From: an uncultured Pseudomonadales bacterium
GTDB lineage: Bacteria; Patescibacteriota; Microgenomatia; UBA1400; Chazhemtobacteraceae
Assembly (NCBI GenBank): GCA_964618725.1
Contig: CAZUBK010000001.1
Location: forward strand, 196,908 to 260,907
Length of the DNA: 64,000 bases
Direction of reading: 5' to 3'
Part shown: piece after piece, positions 49,670-58,808 of the stretch
How positions within the stretch are numbered: the stretch's first letter is position 1
Layout of the letters: each line of letters starts with the position of its first letter
The notes under the pieces: model-generated
Seen by the model: only the letters and a program-made list of their open reading frames with translations
Databases searched by the model: none
What the model was told of the DNA's origin: nothing
Program-made: the position numbers and the translations under genes

Positions 49670-50711
49670 GTTCGTAAACGGCTAAGGTGGCATGAGCGGT
49701 CTTGTCCCAAGTGAAAGTCAAAGCTTTTTTGTAGGCCTTACAAATAAGTGACTCTTTTTCCTTAGAAGATAGAGAGAGGGCGGTTTTGAGAGTTTTGATG
49801 AGTGATGAAGACTCGTTGGGATTAAAGGTTAACGTGTCTTCAGGATAGACTTCAGGGAGACTAGAAGTGTTGGAACTAACAATCAGACACTTACTAAGTG
49901 AGGCTTCTAGAAGTGGCAAACCAAAACCTTCATAGAGAGAGGGTTGGCAGTATAGAGTAGCGAGACGATAGATGCTGACAAGCTCTTCTGAGGGGACAAA
50001 ACCAAGTGGATACAGAGAGGGGCTGTTGACGATAAGATTTTGGATCATTGAGGCAATCTTGAGTTCAGGATGGATGGACTGGAGACCTATTTTTGCCTTA
50101 AGGGAACGGGCATTAGTAATCGCTTTAAGAAACTCAGATCCGACTAAAACTAGTGGAATACTAAGACTTAAGGAGGCTTCGATAAGCGATAGAAGATTCT
50201 TGTTTGGATTCACGCCGCCGACGTAAAGAATAAACTCTTGGGGGAGGTGATATTTCTTTTTCACTCTAGCTAACTCGACGTCAGAAGGAGTGTCTTGGTA
50301 GATGGGATCGGCAGCAAGTGGAGTAACGGTAATTTTGTGTGGCGGAACATTAAGATGTTTCTCGATGTCTTTTTTTGAATTCTGCGAGTCTGTAATAACA
50401 GCCGCGACTTTCTTGAGAGCCAATTTCTGACGGAAGAGATTGAGGCGGCCCTTGAGTCCTTTGGGGTAAAGCTCCCTCAAGACAAGTGGGGTGACATCGT
50501 GGATGGTAACGATAACTTTTTCACTCTCATTAACTTTAAGGGTAGGATAGAAAAGATCGAAGTAGGTGTAGTGGATGATATCCTCGTTCTGATCAACAAA
50601 AATGACTTCTTTTGATTTGCGTAGCGAGGCAAGGAGAAACTCAGAATAGAAACCGATGCCTCGACCGACCGAGGATGGATGATGAATTAACTTAACTTTA
50701 ATTGGTGTCAT
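49650..50711 (-). CDS. GT4-family glycosyltransferase.
   Basis: EGFGLPLLEASLSKCLIVSSNTSSLPEV (E-x7-E). Confidence 0.85.
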   Translation of the reverse strand: MTPIKVKLIHHPSSVGRGIGFYSEFLLASLRKSKEVIFVDQNEDIIHYTYFDLFYPTLKVNESEKVIVTIHDVTPLVLRELYPKGLKGRLNLFRQKLALKKVAAVITDSQNSKKDIEKHLNVPPHKITVTPLAADPIYQDTPSDVELARVKKKYHLPQEFILYVGGVNPNKNLLSLIEASLSLSIPLVLVGSEFLKAITNARSLKAKIGLQSIHPELKIASMIQNLIVNSPSLYPLGFVPSEELVSIYRLATLYCQPSLYEGFGLPLLEASLSKCLIVSSNTSSLPEVYPEDTLTFNPNESSSLIKTLKTALSLSSKEKESLICKAYKKALTFTWDKTAHATLAVYEHVLKHG

Positions 50712-52026
50712 AAGGGGTAATGATTAATTTGTCCTCCAAGCGGACGACTTGGAAAAAATCAGTATCTCCTTCAATATACTCGACTTGTGTCTGAAGATAA
50801 TATGGAGTGACTACTCCGGTGAGCAGTTGAGCTTGAGAACGAGGAAGGATTTGTGGTTCGCCCAGTTCGTTGTTTTTGATTTGTTGGACGAGATCGTATT
50901 CTGGCTTACTCATGTATGAGTTGATCATGGCAATAGTGAAAGGTAACTTGGTTGAAAGAAAAAGAAGGGAGATGAGCGTACCGAAGGGTAAGAGATACCG
51001 CTGAGGGAGGATTTTGCTTAAAAAGAAAGCTGAAGTGAGCGAGATAAAACCCAGGAAGGGTAGTTGTAAGTAGTCGTGGATGTAACCAATATTGGAGAAA
51101 ACAACAGAGTGAAGAATACCGGTGGCGAGAAGAATGAGATAAAAGCGGTTTTTTTTGAGAGTCAGAAAGCCAAGTAAGGAAGTAATTAGGAGGGGGATGG
51201 TGAACATATTACGAGAAAAGAGAGTGAAGCGGGAAATGAACTGAGGGAGAGTGTAGGCGTCTGAGAGATTAGTGCGAGTGACGCTTAGACGATAAAGAAT
51301 AATCTCGACTAGGCCTCCTCCGGTAAATGAGCCCGTCAGCAACCTAATATGTAGTAGATGAATGAAGAGTCCAAGGAACGGGAACAGCAATAGTGACAGA
51401 AGTAGCTTCTTATCTGTTTTGAGAAAGCCATAGATAGCTAAGAGGGGGAGATGATAATAGGCTGGCCAACCAGAAAACAAAGCCAAGAGACTTGATGTTA
51501 AAAGATAAGAAATATATTTTGGTTCTTTGGGTTTAGTAACTGCTTGGTAAAGCAGAATGGTGTTGAGGAGAATGAAAGAGAAGGTTAATGGCTCATGGAC
51601 GGGGTTCTTGCCAAAGTAAGTAAAAATGGGAGTAAATAGGACTAAGATACTCGCTAAAGCGCCAATTTGAGGAAAGAAAAGAAGGCTACCAAGCCGAAAG
51701 ATCAAGTACAGATTTAAGAGATTGATGATAATGGGAAGCAGGCGAATCGACCATTCATGTGGACCAAATAGAACAACTGGGATCGAGAGGAGGAGAGTGA
51801 AGAGAGGTGGATAATGAGTGTCATAGCGGAAGTTGCTTGGGGTGGTTGGAGTGAGATTTTCGACTTGGCCGAGACGGGTCTTAATTAGGCCGTAGCGCAC
51901 ATTATTTCGGGCAATTTGGCCATAAGTGATGCCATTCCAGTCGTGATAACCGTAGAAGGGTTTAGTTATCTGAATAGAGAGAATAGCCGCTGCGACCAAG
52001 AGTACAACAAAGATTAGATATTTCAT
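50698..52026 (-). CDS. GT-C-like polytopic membrane glycosyltransferase.
   Basis: First-loop motif GYHDWNGITYGQIARN and more than 10 TM helices. Confidence 0.6.
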   Translation of the reverse strand: MKYLIFVVLLVAAAILSIQITKPFYGYHDWNGITYGQIARNNVRYGLIKTRLGQVENLTPTTPSNFRYDTHYPPLFTLLLSIPVVLFGPHEWSIRLLPIIINLLNLYLIFRLGSLLFFPQIGALASILVLFTPIFTYFGKNPVHEPLTFSFILLNTILLYQAVTKPKEPKYISYLLTSSLLALFSGWPAYYHLPLLAIYGFLKTDKKLLLSLLLFPFLGLFIHLLHIRLLTGSFTGGGLVEIILYRLSVTRTNLSDAYTLPQFISRFTLFSRNMFTIPLLITSLLGFLTLKKNRFYLILLATGILHSVVFSNIGYIHDYLQLPFLGFISLTSAFFLSKILPQRYLLPFGTLISLLFLSTKLPFTIAMINSYMSKPEYDLVQQIKNNELGEPQILPRSQAQLLTGVVTPYYLQTQVEYIEGDTDFFQVVRLEDKLIITPYDTN

Positions 52027-52913
52027 TTCTCGCGTCTGTATAACTCCCAGAGTTTCATATAGGCAAAAGCGTGATGAAGCCCTGAGAACAGAGAGAAGAC
52101 AAAACCAGGAAAGCCATCTTGAAAGCCACGGTAGCGAAGGTACAAAGAGAGAAATGTGATGGTGGGTTTGAAGAACATGTAGTTTAGTGTGTTTGGAAGA
52201 GTTACTTTTACCTTTTTGTCTTTTAGTTGAGTCGCAGCGAGAGACGAATAACGATTCTCTCGGAGAAGATAACGGGAGAACTGTGGGGTGGCGTAGTGAT
52301 CAAGATCCCCGGTTAGCCAACCGGTGTCGCCCTCGACAACCATTTGCTCATGGACGTCTTTGGCAGGGAGATAGGCTTCGCCGTTTTGGAAAAGGCGAAT
52401 GACTGGATCAGGATATTGACCATTGTGCTTAAGATATCGATTGAGAAAAAAATTCTTCCTGGGAAGGAAGTAGGCGGCGGCTGGTTTAAAAAGAGGCTGA
52501 GGAGACTTGAAAATGGGTAGAAATTGGGTGATCTTTAATTTAATTGGAGATTGCCAGGAGTCAAAACCAAAATACTGACCATTGAGAAGCAATTTGATTT
52601 CCTGCTTCAACTCAGAGGTAACAAATTCATCGGCATCGAGTTGTAGAACCCAGTCTCCCTTGGCTTTTTTGTTAGCCATGGCTTTATTGATGTGAAAATT
52701 CGGTTTATTGGTGGTCTTGTAGACCCTTGCACCAAGTTTCTTGGCAATCAGAGGAGTCTTGTCAGTTGAGGAGCCGTCAACAACAATTATTTCATCGGCG
52801 ATGTCCTTAATCGACTTGAGACACTTCTCAAGGACGTCCTCTTCGTTGAAGGTAGTTAAGGTGACAGAAAGGGTTAACTTTTTGGTCATAATCATATTGT
52901 AGCCGATGACCAA
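52023..52913 (-). CDS. GT2-family glycosyltransferase with a C-terminal hydrophobic tail.
   Basis: LSVTLTTFNEEDVL...IIVVDGSSTDKT and LQLDADEF. Confidence 0.8.
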   Translation of the reverse strand: MVIGYNMIMTKKLTLSVTLTTFNEEDVLEKCLKSIKDIADEIIVVDGSSTDKTPLIAKKLGARVYKTTNKPNFHINKAMANKKAKGDWVLQLDADEFVTSELKQEIKLLLNGQYFGFDSWQSPIKLKITQFLPIFKSPQPLFKPAAAYFLPRKNFFLNRYLKHNGQYPDPVIRLFQNGEAYLPAKDVHEQMVVEGDTGWLTGDLDHYATPQFSRYLLRENRYSSLAATQLKDKKVKVTLPNTLNYMFFKPTITFLSLYLRYRGFQDGFPGFVFSLFSGLHHAFAYMKLWELYRREK

Positions 52914-52937
52914 TCATGTTTGCTGTACAATGAATTT

Positions 52938-53225
52938 ATGACGGAAGTAATTAACCGGATCAAAGAGAAGTCGGTGCCTATTTTGAAAGAGGCTGGTGTA
53001 TCTAAGTCGGCAATTTTTGGTTCATTTGTAAGAGGTGAGCAAAAAAAAGACAGTGATATAGATATGTTAATACAGCCCCCAAAAGGAATGGGATTATTTG
53101 CTCTTGCTGATTTACAGATGAAACTGGAGGATGCGCTAGGAAGAAAGGTAGATATTGTTACATATAAGTCTATATATCCTGAGCTGCGCGAGAGTATACT
53201 GAAAGATCAATATCAAATTTTGTAG
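52938..53225 (+). CDS. mnt: MNT-type minimal nucleotidyltransferase (antitoxin of a HepT/MNT TA pair). The track ORF starts at TTG 52920.
   Basis: The GSFVRGEQKKDSDIDMLI signature (GS...D-x-D) sits about 26 aa from the preferred ATG, as in family members. Confidence 0.7.
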   Translation: MTEVINRIKEKSVPILKEAGVSKSAIFGSFVRGEQKKDSDIDMLIQPPKGMGLFALADLQMKLEDALGRKVDIVTYKSIYPELRESILKDQYQIL

Positions 53226-53237
53226 CCAAATAGAACT

Positions 53238-53570
53238 ATGAAGAAGGATCCTAATGTCTATTTGAGACATGTACTTGAAAGTATAAGATTGGTTGAAAAA
53301 AGAATAAAAGGAATTAGATATGAAGAATTTGAGAAGAATGTAGATTTGCAAGATATGGTAGTCTGGAGAATTCAAGTTATCGGAGAAGCAATTAAAAATC
53401 TGCCTGATGAATACAAGGCGAATTATGCTGACATAGATTGGCATAATCCTGCAGGAATGAGAAATGCCCTAATTCATGGATATGCTGACATAGATTTTGA
53501 GATTGTATGGCGCACCGTCAAAGATGATTTACCAAAACTTAAAAACCAAATTAAAGATCTCTTGAGATGA
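53238..53570 (+). CDS. hepT: HepT-like (DUF86) HEPN-domain RNase toxin.
   Basis: RNALIHGY (R-x4-H-x-Y HEPN motif) near the C-terminus and the 110 aa size. It lies immediately downstream of mnt. Confidence 0.75.
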   Translation: MKKDPNVYLRHVLESIRLVEKRIKGIRYEEFEKNVDLQDMVVWRIQVIGEAIKNLPDEYKANYADIDWHNPAGMRNALIHGYADIDFEIVWRTVKDDLPKLKNQIKDLLR

Positions 53571-55048
53571 AAAATAGATTAGTTCCCTGGCAATGGCTAG
53601 TTGTTGTTTTAAGTTTCGTTTTTTTGTCGATCATCCGACTTCATGAGTATGACCGGATACCGACTCCCGGGCATGCAGAAGAACTATTGTACGGCTGGTC
53701 GGGGATATATCTTATAGAGGAAGGAGTACCGCAGAGCTGGTCAACGCTTGATTACCCAAAGGAGAACCTGGTCTTTGATGGAATTGTGGGAGATAAGCAA
53801 AATATGTTTTTGCCGGCAAAGCTGTATCGCCCGTGGCTAGATGAGCCGCCGTTGTATTCGCTTTTGTCAGGAGGCGCTGCGCACCTTTTTGGGGCGGATA
53901 GAACAAAGGTACTTCCTCCCTCATACATCAGATTACCCTCAGTCTTAGCATCTTTGGCGAGTTTGGTTTTGGTATTTGTAGTAGGTAGACAGTTTTTTGG
54001 ATTTTGGGCGGGATTTCTTGCTTTATGGATTTACGGAACATCGCCTATCATGGTATTTGGTAGTAGGTTGTCGGTGCCGGAGAATATTATTGCCTTAGCA
54101 ACGATTGGGATTCTGCCAATTGCCTTTAGCTATCTAAAAAAGCCTAAGTGGTGGGTAAGTTATTTATCTGGGATACTCAGTGCGGTGCTGGGATTGATGA
54201 AACCAACCGGCTTCTTTGTGGCACCACTGATGATTTTCTTGGCGGCAAAGAAGAAGAGATGGAAGGATGTAATAATAATCGCCGGACTGATGGCGCTAGG
54301 AGTTATTATCTTTATTGCTTATGGCAATTATTTCGGGCCCGATATCTTTAAGAGAATTGTAGAGATACAAGGGGTAAGATTTGCTGGCTGGACGGGACTG
54401 TCATATATTCTGACTTCCCCGGCATACGACATTGTTGAGTATTACGATGGTTGGTATATATTGGCTCTAATCTTTGCCCTCTTTTTCTCACTTATTCCCA
54501 AGAAGACTGAACAGCTAAAACTACTAAATCTCTTCTTCTATTTCTGGTTACTAGTCGGACTCTTTGGTGGAACTGAACAGGATCTCTTGCCTTGGTACCG
54601 ATATCCTCTTTTCCCACTATTAGCGCTCTATGGAGGACTGGGAATTGAGTATCTTTACAAGCGGATTAACTTCTATGGATTGGTGTTGGTGTTGGGACTA
54701 TTACTTACTTCCCGGTGGTATCTACATAATGCTTTCAGACCAACAACGCCACCTAATACCTTCCGGGCTGTCATGTTCTTGGCACTCCTTCCTTCTTTAT
54801 TTGGGATGATTTGGCGGAAGGGCTGGACAAGAAAGGTGTCGAGAATAATCTTGATAGCTGTGTTTGTTCTGGGAGCCTGGTGGAATAGTAAATATATCTA
54901 TGCCGCCTTTGCCATCAGATGCGAGAGTATTAGTTGTCCATTTGGGCCAAGTATTGGACTGTCAGAGGTGAGACTACCCTTTTTCTGGAGATTCCTGGTA
55001 CCTAAAGACTCGACAGGCATGCTTGACGCTAAAAGGCCGTGGTTTTAA
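53567..55048 (+). CDS. GT-C-like polytopic membrane glycosyltransferase.
   Basis: First-loop motif GHAEELLYGW and 12 or more TM helices. Its ATG overlaps the hepT stop (ATGA). Confidence 0.65.
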   Translation: MKNRLVPWQWLVVVLSFVFLSIIRLHEYDRIPTPGHAEELLYGWSGIYLIEEGVPQSWSTLDYPKENLVFDGIVGDKQNMFLPAKLYRPWLDEPPLYSLLSGGAAHLFGADRTKVLPPSYIRLPSVLASLASLVLVFVVGRQFFGFWAGFLALWIYGTSPIMVFGSRLSVPENIIALATIGILPIAFSYLKKPKWWVSYLSGILSAVLGLMKPTGFFVAPLMIFLAAKKKRWKDVIIIAGLMALGVIIFIAYGNYFGPDIFKRIVEIQGVRFAGWTGLSYILTSPAYDIVEYYDGWYILALIFALFFSLIPKKTEQLKLLNLFFYFWLLVGLFGGTEQDLLPWYRYPLFPLLALYGGLGIEYLYKRINFYGLVLVLGLLLTSRWYLHNAFRPTTPPNTFRAVMFLALLPSLFGMIWRKGWTRKVSRIILIAVFVLGAWWNSKYIYAAFAIRCESISCPFGPSIGLSEVRLPFFWRFLVPKDSTGMLDAKRPWF

Positions 55049-55057
55049 GGCTCAGTC

Positions 55058-55086
55058 TTGACACAAGGTTAATTTTTGTGTAATAT
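55058..55086 (+). promoter_or_regulatory. Sigma70-like promoter TTGACA-17-TAATAT.
   Basis: Read directly. It is followed by AGGAGG (55104..55109) and a TTG start 6 nt later. Confidence 0.45.
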
Positions 55087-55115
55087 AGGTCTACTTATCA
55101 AAGAGGAGGTATCTC

Positions 55116-55364
55116 TTGAAACAATATCTAATTTCTAGATCTCGACGCCTGCTTGAGCAGAATAGAGAGCTTCTTGTAGAGATGCAACAAAATAGGGACA
55201 ATGCTCGTTCCCTAGTTGATGGAGCAATTGCAGCCAAAACTGAATCGACGGCAAGGATTCAACTGGCTGCAGCAGAGAAATTGCTTGCCAAAAATAGAGG
55301 ACTGGGTCTTCAGGTCTGGATGCAATTAAAGTTAATCGACCTCTATATCTGGATAATCGGTTAA
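55116..55364 (+). CDS. Small 82-aa helical protein with a TTG start, function unknown.
   Basis: It has its own promoter, a consensus SD, and a downstream intrinsic terminator. The sequence is MKQYLISRSRRLLEQNRELLVEMQQ...LIDLYIWIIG. Confidence 0.45.
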   Translation: MKQYLISRSRRLLEQNRELLVEMQQNRDNARSLVDGAIAAKTESTARIQLAAAEKLLAKNRGLGLQVWMQLKLIDLYIWIIG

Positions 55365-55374
55365 CTAAGCAGTA

Positions 55375-55410
55375 GAATCGTCTCCTCAATGGGGACGATT
55401 TTTTTATTTT
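55375..55410 (+). terminator. Rho-independent terminator GAATCGTCTCC-tcaat-GGGGACGATT followed by TTTTTATTTT.
   Basis: A 10-bp stem followed by a T-tract. It overlaps the stop of the convergent GT-C gene. Confidence 0.5.
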
Positions 55411-57092
55411 CTCGCCAGATATTGGTTTGTGTCGAAGAGTCGGAAAGCTGTTTGGTTGTTGGGATAATTGATTATATGGATAGGCTTAATGCTTTCTGGG
55501 ACGGTTTCGTCGGCAACAATAATTAAGGAATTAGGGGATGCAGCGTCACTTGCCCAGTCAATGGGGTGGAATTCGTACTTACCAAAAGAGAGGCCGGTGG
55601 AGAAACCAAACTTATCAGGAGTGGAGAAGACAAGCTGTTGTTGAAGAAGTGTGGGGGGGTACTTGAGATAGAAGGCAGTGAGGATGTAGGGCTGATCGTA
55701 GGCGGTGGAGATAATAACTTTGTCATACTTGTTCTGATTCTTTTTAAGATAGTTACCCAGGTCCTTAAAGCCGTACTGCCAGGCGAAAGGGAGCTCTTTG
55801 GGATAACGATTGTAGTAAGAATTAAGATATTGAGAGAAATTAAAGGCAAGGGTTATGGCAAATAGCGAGATTAACAGAGGAATAACACTGGCGGACTTAT
55901 TCTCAAGCCAAGTAAGGAGCTTAATGATACCAAAAGCAATTGTGATGGAGAAAGAGATGACCATATTTTGAGAACGCAGAGCATGGGGGGACTGAAAGGT
56001 AAGGGCGGCAGCAATAGGAGCAATGAAGAGCCAGGCAAGGACTACCCGAGATGATCTTTGGCGAAAGGAAGTAAGCAGAGAAAATAAACCAAAGTAAAAG
56101 AAGGGGAGAAGGAGATGTAGACCTTGGCCAAAACCAGGGACTTTGGATCGGGCGATTTCATCACCTTTAATAAAGAGGAATTGAGGGGAAAAGTGAGAAA
56201 GATAGTTTTTGATAAATTCAAAGAGATAAGCGGTATAGCGATTGAAGCGAAGCTTAGTCAAAAATGAATCTGGATTTGGAGAAAGGCGTCTACCCTCGTG
56301 GACCCAAGAAAGCGGGCCAGTGTCGGCAAAAAGACCGACTCCAGAAAAGCGACTAGCGGCTGAGCCATTTAAGAACTGAAGAACCAGGGGGATACTTAGG
56401 ACTAATCCTAAAGTGATAGCAATACTAAGGAAGAGAAATTGTTTTTTCTTGAGTTGAGAGAGGATATCCTGATGGAAGATGAGAGTAAATGAAAAAAGTA
56501 AAAGGGGAGTGACCAGACGAGCGGCGTGATAGGTATACAAAGAAAGGAGAAAGAAAAAAGCGCTAGGAATCCAAAGTTGAGGTCGTTTCAGAGCTTTGAG
56601 GAAAAGGACTGTACCAAGAAGAATAAAAGTAGTTCCGGCGTTGACTTCCCACCCACCGCGGGAAAAATGAAGGTGCCAGGGAGAAGCAGCGAGGAGAAGG
56701 GCGGCGAGATATCCGGGAGTTAACTCAAAGTTGTTTTTCTTGAGCAATATTCTTTCCGGGAAGAGGTGGCTGACGAGGAGATAGATTAGATATACAGAGA
56801 GGATACTAAGTAGAGCTGAAGGAAGCCTTACCGACCATTCATTGAGACCAAAGAAATAGACGAAGGGGAGGGTGAGATAAACATAAACGCCGGGCTTGTA
56901 GTCGTCAAAGGAGCGAAACTCGATTGGCCAGGGGGTGCCATGTTCATCACGACCGGTTTGGATGAGGGAATAGGCGTTGTAGCCAAGGGCAGCTTCGTCG
57001 GCATTCAGTCCAGAGGGATAGCGATCAAGGGCAAATAGCCTAAGTGTGGCGGCTAGAAACAGAACCAGAAAGATGGGTATGAGCTTTTTCAT
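55404..57092 (-). CDS. GT-C glycosyltransferase of the PMT/ArnT family.
   Basis: LNADEAALGYNAYSLIQTGRDEHG first-loop motif. It contains a C7 tract (plus-strand G7 at 55653..55659). Confidence 0.75.
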   Translation of the reverse strand: MKKLIPIFLVLFLAATLRLFALDRYPSGLNADEAALGYNAYSLIQTGRDEHGTPWPIEFRSFDDYKPGVYVYLTLPFVYFFGLNEWSVRLPSALLSILSVYLIYLLVSHLFPERILLKKNNFELTPGYLAALLLAASPWHLHFSRGGWEVNAGTTFILLGTVLFLKALKRPQLWIPSAFFFLLSLYTYHAARLVTPLLLFSFTLIFHQDILSQLKKKQFLFLSIAITLGLVLSIPLVLQFLNGSAASRFSGVGLFADTGPLSWVHEGRRLSPNPDSFLTKLRFNRYTAYLFEFIKNYLSHFSPQFLFIKGDEIARSKVPGFGQGLHLLLPFFYFGLFSLLTSFRQRSSRVVLAWLFIAPIAAALTFQSPHALRSQNMVISFSITIAFGIIKLLTWLENKSASVIPLLISLFAITLAFNFSQYLNSYYNRYPKELPFAWQYGFKDLGNYLKKNQNKYDKVIISTAYDQPYILTAFYLKYPPTLLQQQLVFSTPDKFGFSTGLSFGKYEFHPIDWASDAASPNSLIIVADETVPESIKPIHIINYPNNQTAFRLFDTNQYLARK

Positions 57093-58804
57093 TGAAAGGC
57101 AACTATAACAAAGACGGGGAAACCGTCGGGGCGCTTAATTGTTTTGACAATTTGAGCATTTCTGGGAATAAGATCGAGGGTGGTAACTAGAAGACTGTTC
57201 GTGGTACTTATCTCTCCACCACTTTCGAGGGAGAGAGCTTTGACTTCTTTGTCAGTTGGGATCTGCCAATGATTGATGAAATAGGTATCGTCAATTTTGT
57301 CGGTCCAAAACCAATCTGATTTGGCAAAACGAATGTTGTCACTACCTGGCTGAAGATGTGATGGGTCAAGTTTGGAATAGAAGGCATAGAAAATATGGGG
57401 CTCACCAAGTTGTTTGATGATGAAAAAACGTTCGTATTCTTTTTTGTGCTCTTGCATATAGTCAATCGCTTGCTGATAGCCGTATTGCCAAGCCTGGGCA
57501 TAAGTAACTGGATACATAGTGAGATACGAGTGGAGATAACGACCAAATGAGAGGATAGTCAGGGCAGCCAAATAGATTGCGGTAAGGAAGCCAATAGGAA
57601 GCCGAGACTTAACTTTGGACTTTGCCATGTCAATGACCCAAATGGCTCCAAGAGTAGCCAGAAGAATGAGGGGGGGTATCAGAGGAGTGGGACGAAGTGA
57701 CTGAGGAGGGTCGGAGGTAAGGGCAGAGGGAATGGGAGCCAGGAGGAGGAACAGGAGGAGAAGATAAGATTCCTTTGTTTTGTGGCTCTTGAGCAGATAA
57801 ACAAAACCCAGAAGACTAAGAAGCGTAACGGGCAGGGTGAGCAGATTCTTGCCGGGAATGGCAAATTGGTATTGAGCTCCTCTGGTCTGGTACAGGAAAG
57901 TCGGAGAAAAGTGACCTAAATAGTTTTTGGTCGCTTGAGAAGCAAAATAGACCGGGCGATTATGAATCAGTCGAGGAAGGGGGGAGGGGAGTTTGCTGTT
58001 CAGGCGATTTTGACCGATCTGGTAGATAGCCGGCTCAGTAAGAATTGTGAGCTTGTTGTACCGGGCGGTACCAGTACCAGCGATAAACTGATAGCCCATT
58101 AAGCTGAGACTGCCAAGAAAGATTACCATTGAGATCAATAGACTTTTGTTTAGTTTGATTTTGGTTCTATAAAGAAGAAAAAAGGAGGGGAGAAGAAGGG
58201 GAATAAGAACACGATATGAGTTGTAGGTATGGAGAGTAGCGGAGAAAAGAATAGAACTAAGAAGCCAGTATCGGCTGTCATTAAGACCCTTGAGGAGTGA
58301 CCAAAGAGCGAAGACAAACAGAGTGAGGCCCAAGTTGGCTTCAAGGGCGGGGCGGGAGATGAAAAAATGCCAGGGGTTAAGAACAAGAAGGAAAGCGGCA
58401 ACAAGGCCTGGGTTTATTTCATATTCTTTTTTTCTCAAACTGATTTTTAGTCGCTGAGAGAGAAGAACGTTAGCGAGCAAGTAAAGGCCTAAAATGGCAA
58501 AGGAACCAGCTAAGATAGAAACAAAACGAATGGCGAATGAGTTGAGGCCGAAGATGACAATGGGGGGGATGGTGAGATAGATATAGAGTGGAAGCTTGTA
58601 ATCACCGAAGGCGCGAAAGATGAGAGGAAATCTAACCCCCCACTCATCTTTACCGGTTTGAAGAAGTGAGTAGGCGTTGTAACCGTGACTAACTTCGTCC
58701 CAGTTCAATGAAGGAGGGACTTCAGTAACTTGAGAGAAACGGAGCAGCGTCCCTACGATAAGCAGAATAATTAGGGGTAGATTCGTTTTTATGAATTTCG
58801 TCAC
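57089..58804 (-). CDS. GT-C glycosyltransferase of the PMT/ArnT family. The start is set at GTG (complement of about 58802..58804) rather than the track ATG at 58984, which would overlap the upstream gene by 176 nt.
   Basis: LNWDEVSHGYNAYSLLQTGKDEWG motif. It has two C7 tracts (plus-strand G7 at 57671..57677 and 58562..58568). Confidence 0.7.
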   Translation of the reverse strand: MTKFIKTNLPLIILLIVGTLLRFSQVTEVPPSLNWDEVSHGYNAYSLLQTGKDEWGVRFPLIFRAFGDYKLPLYIYLTIPPIVIFGLNSFAIRFVSILAGSFAILGLYLLANVLLSQRLKISLRKKEYEINPGLVAAFLLVLNPWHFFISRPALEANLGLTLFVFALWSLLKGLNDSRYWLLSSILFSATLHTYNSYRVLIPLLLPSFFLLYRTKIKLNKSLLISMVIFLGSLSLMGYQFIAGTGTARYNKLTILTEPAIYQIGQNRLNSKLPSPLPRLIHNRPVYFASQATKNYLGHFSPTFLYQTRGAQYQFAIPGKNLLTLPVTLLSLLGFVYLLKSHKTKESYLLLLFLLLAPIPSALTSDPPQSLRPTPLIPPLILLATLGAIWVIDMAKSKVKSRLPIGFLTAIYLAALTILSFGRYLHSYLTMYPVTYAQAWQYGYQQAIDYMQEHKKEYERFFIIKQLGEPHIFYAFYSKLDPSHLQPGSDNIRFAKSDWFWTDKIDDTYFINHWQIPTDKEVKALSLESGGEISTTNSLLVTTLDLIPRNAQIVKTIKRPDGFPVFVIVAFQ

Positions 58805-58808
58805 AAGA

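Noticed and set aside
55135-55389. Minus-strand 84-aa ORF antisense to the small plus-strand ORF.
   Set aside because: It has no promoter or RBS, and the plus-strand ORF has a full promoter, SD and terminator set.
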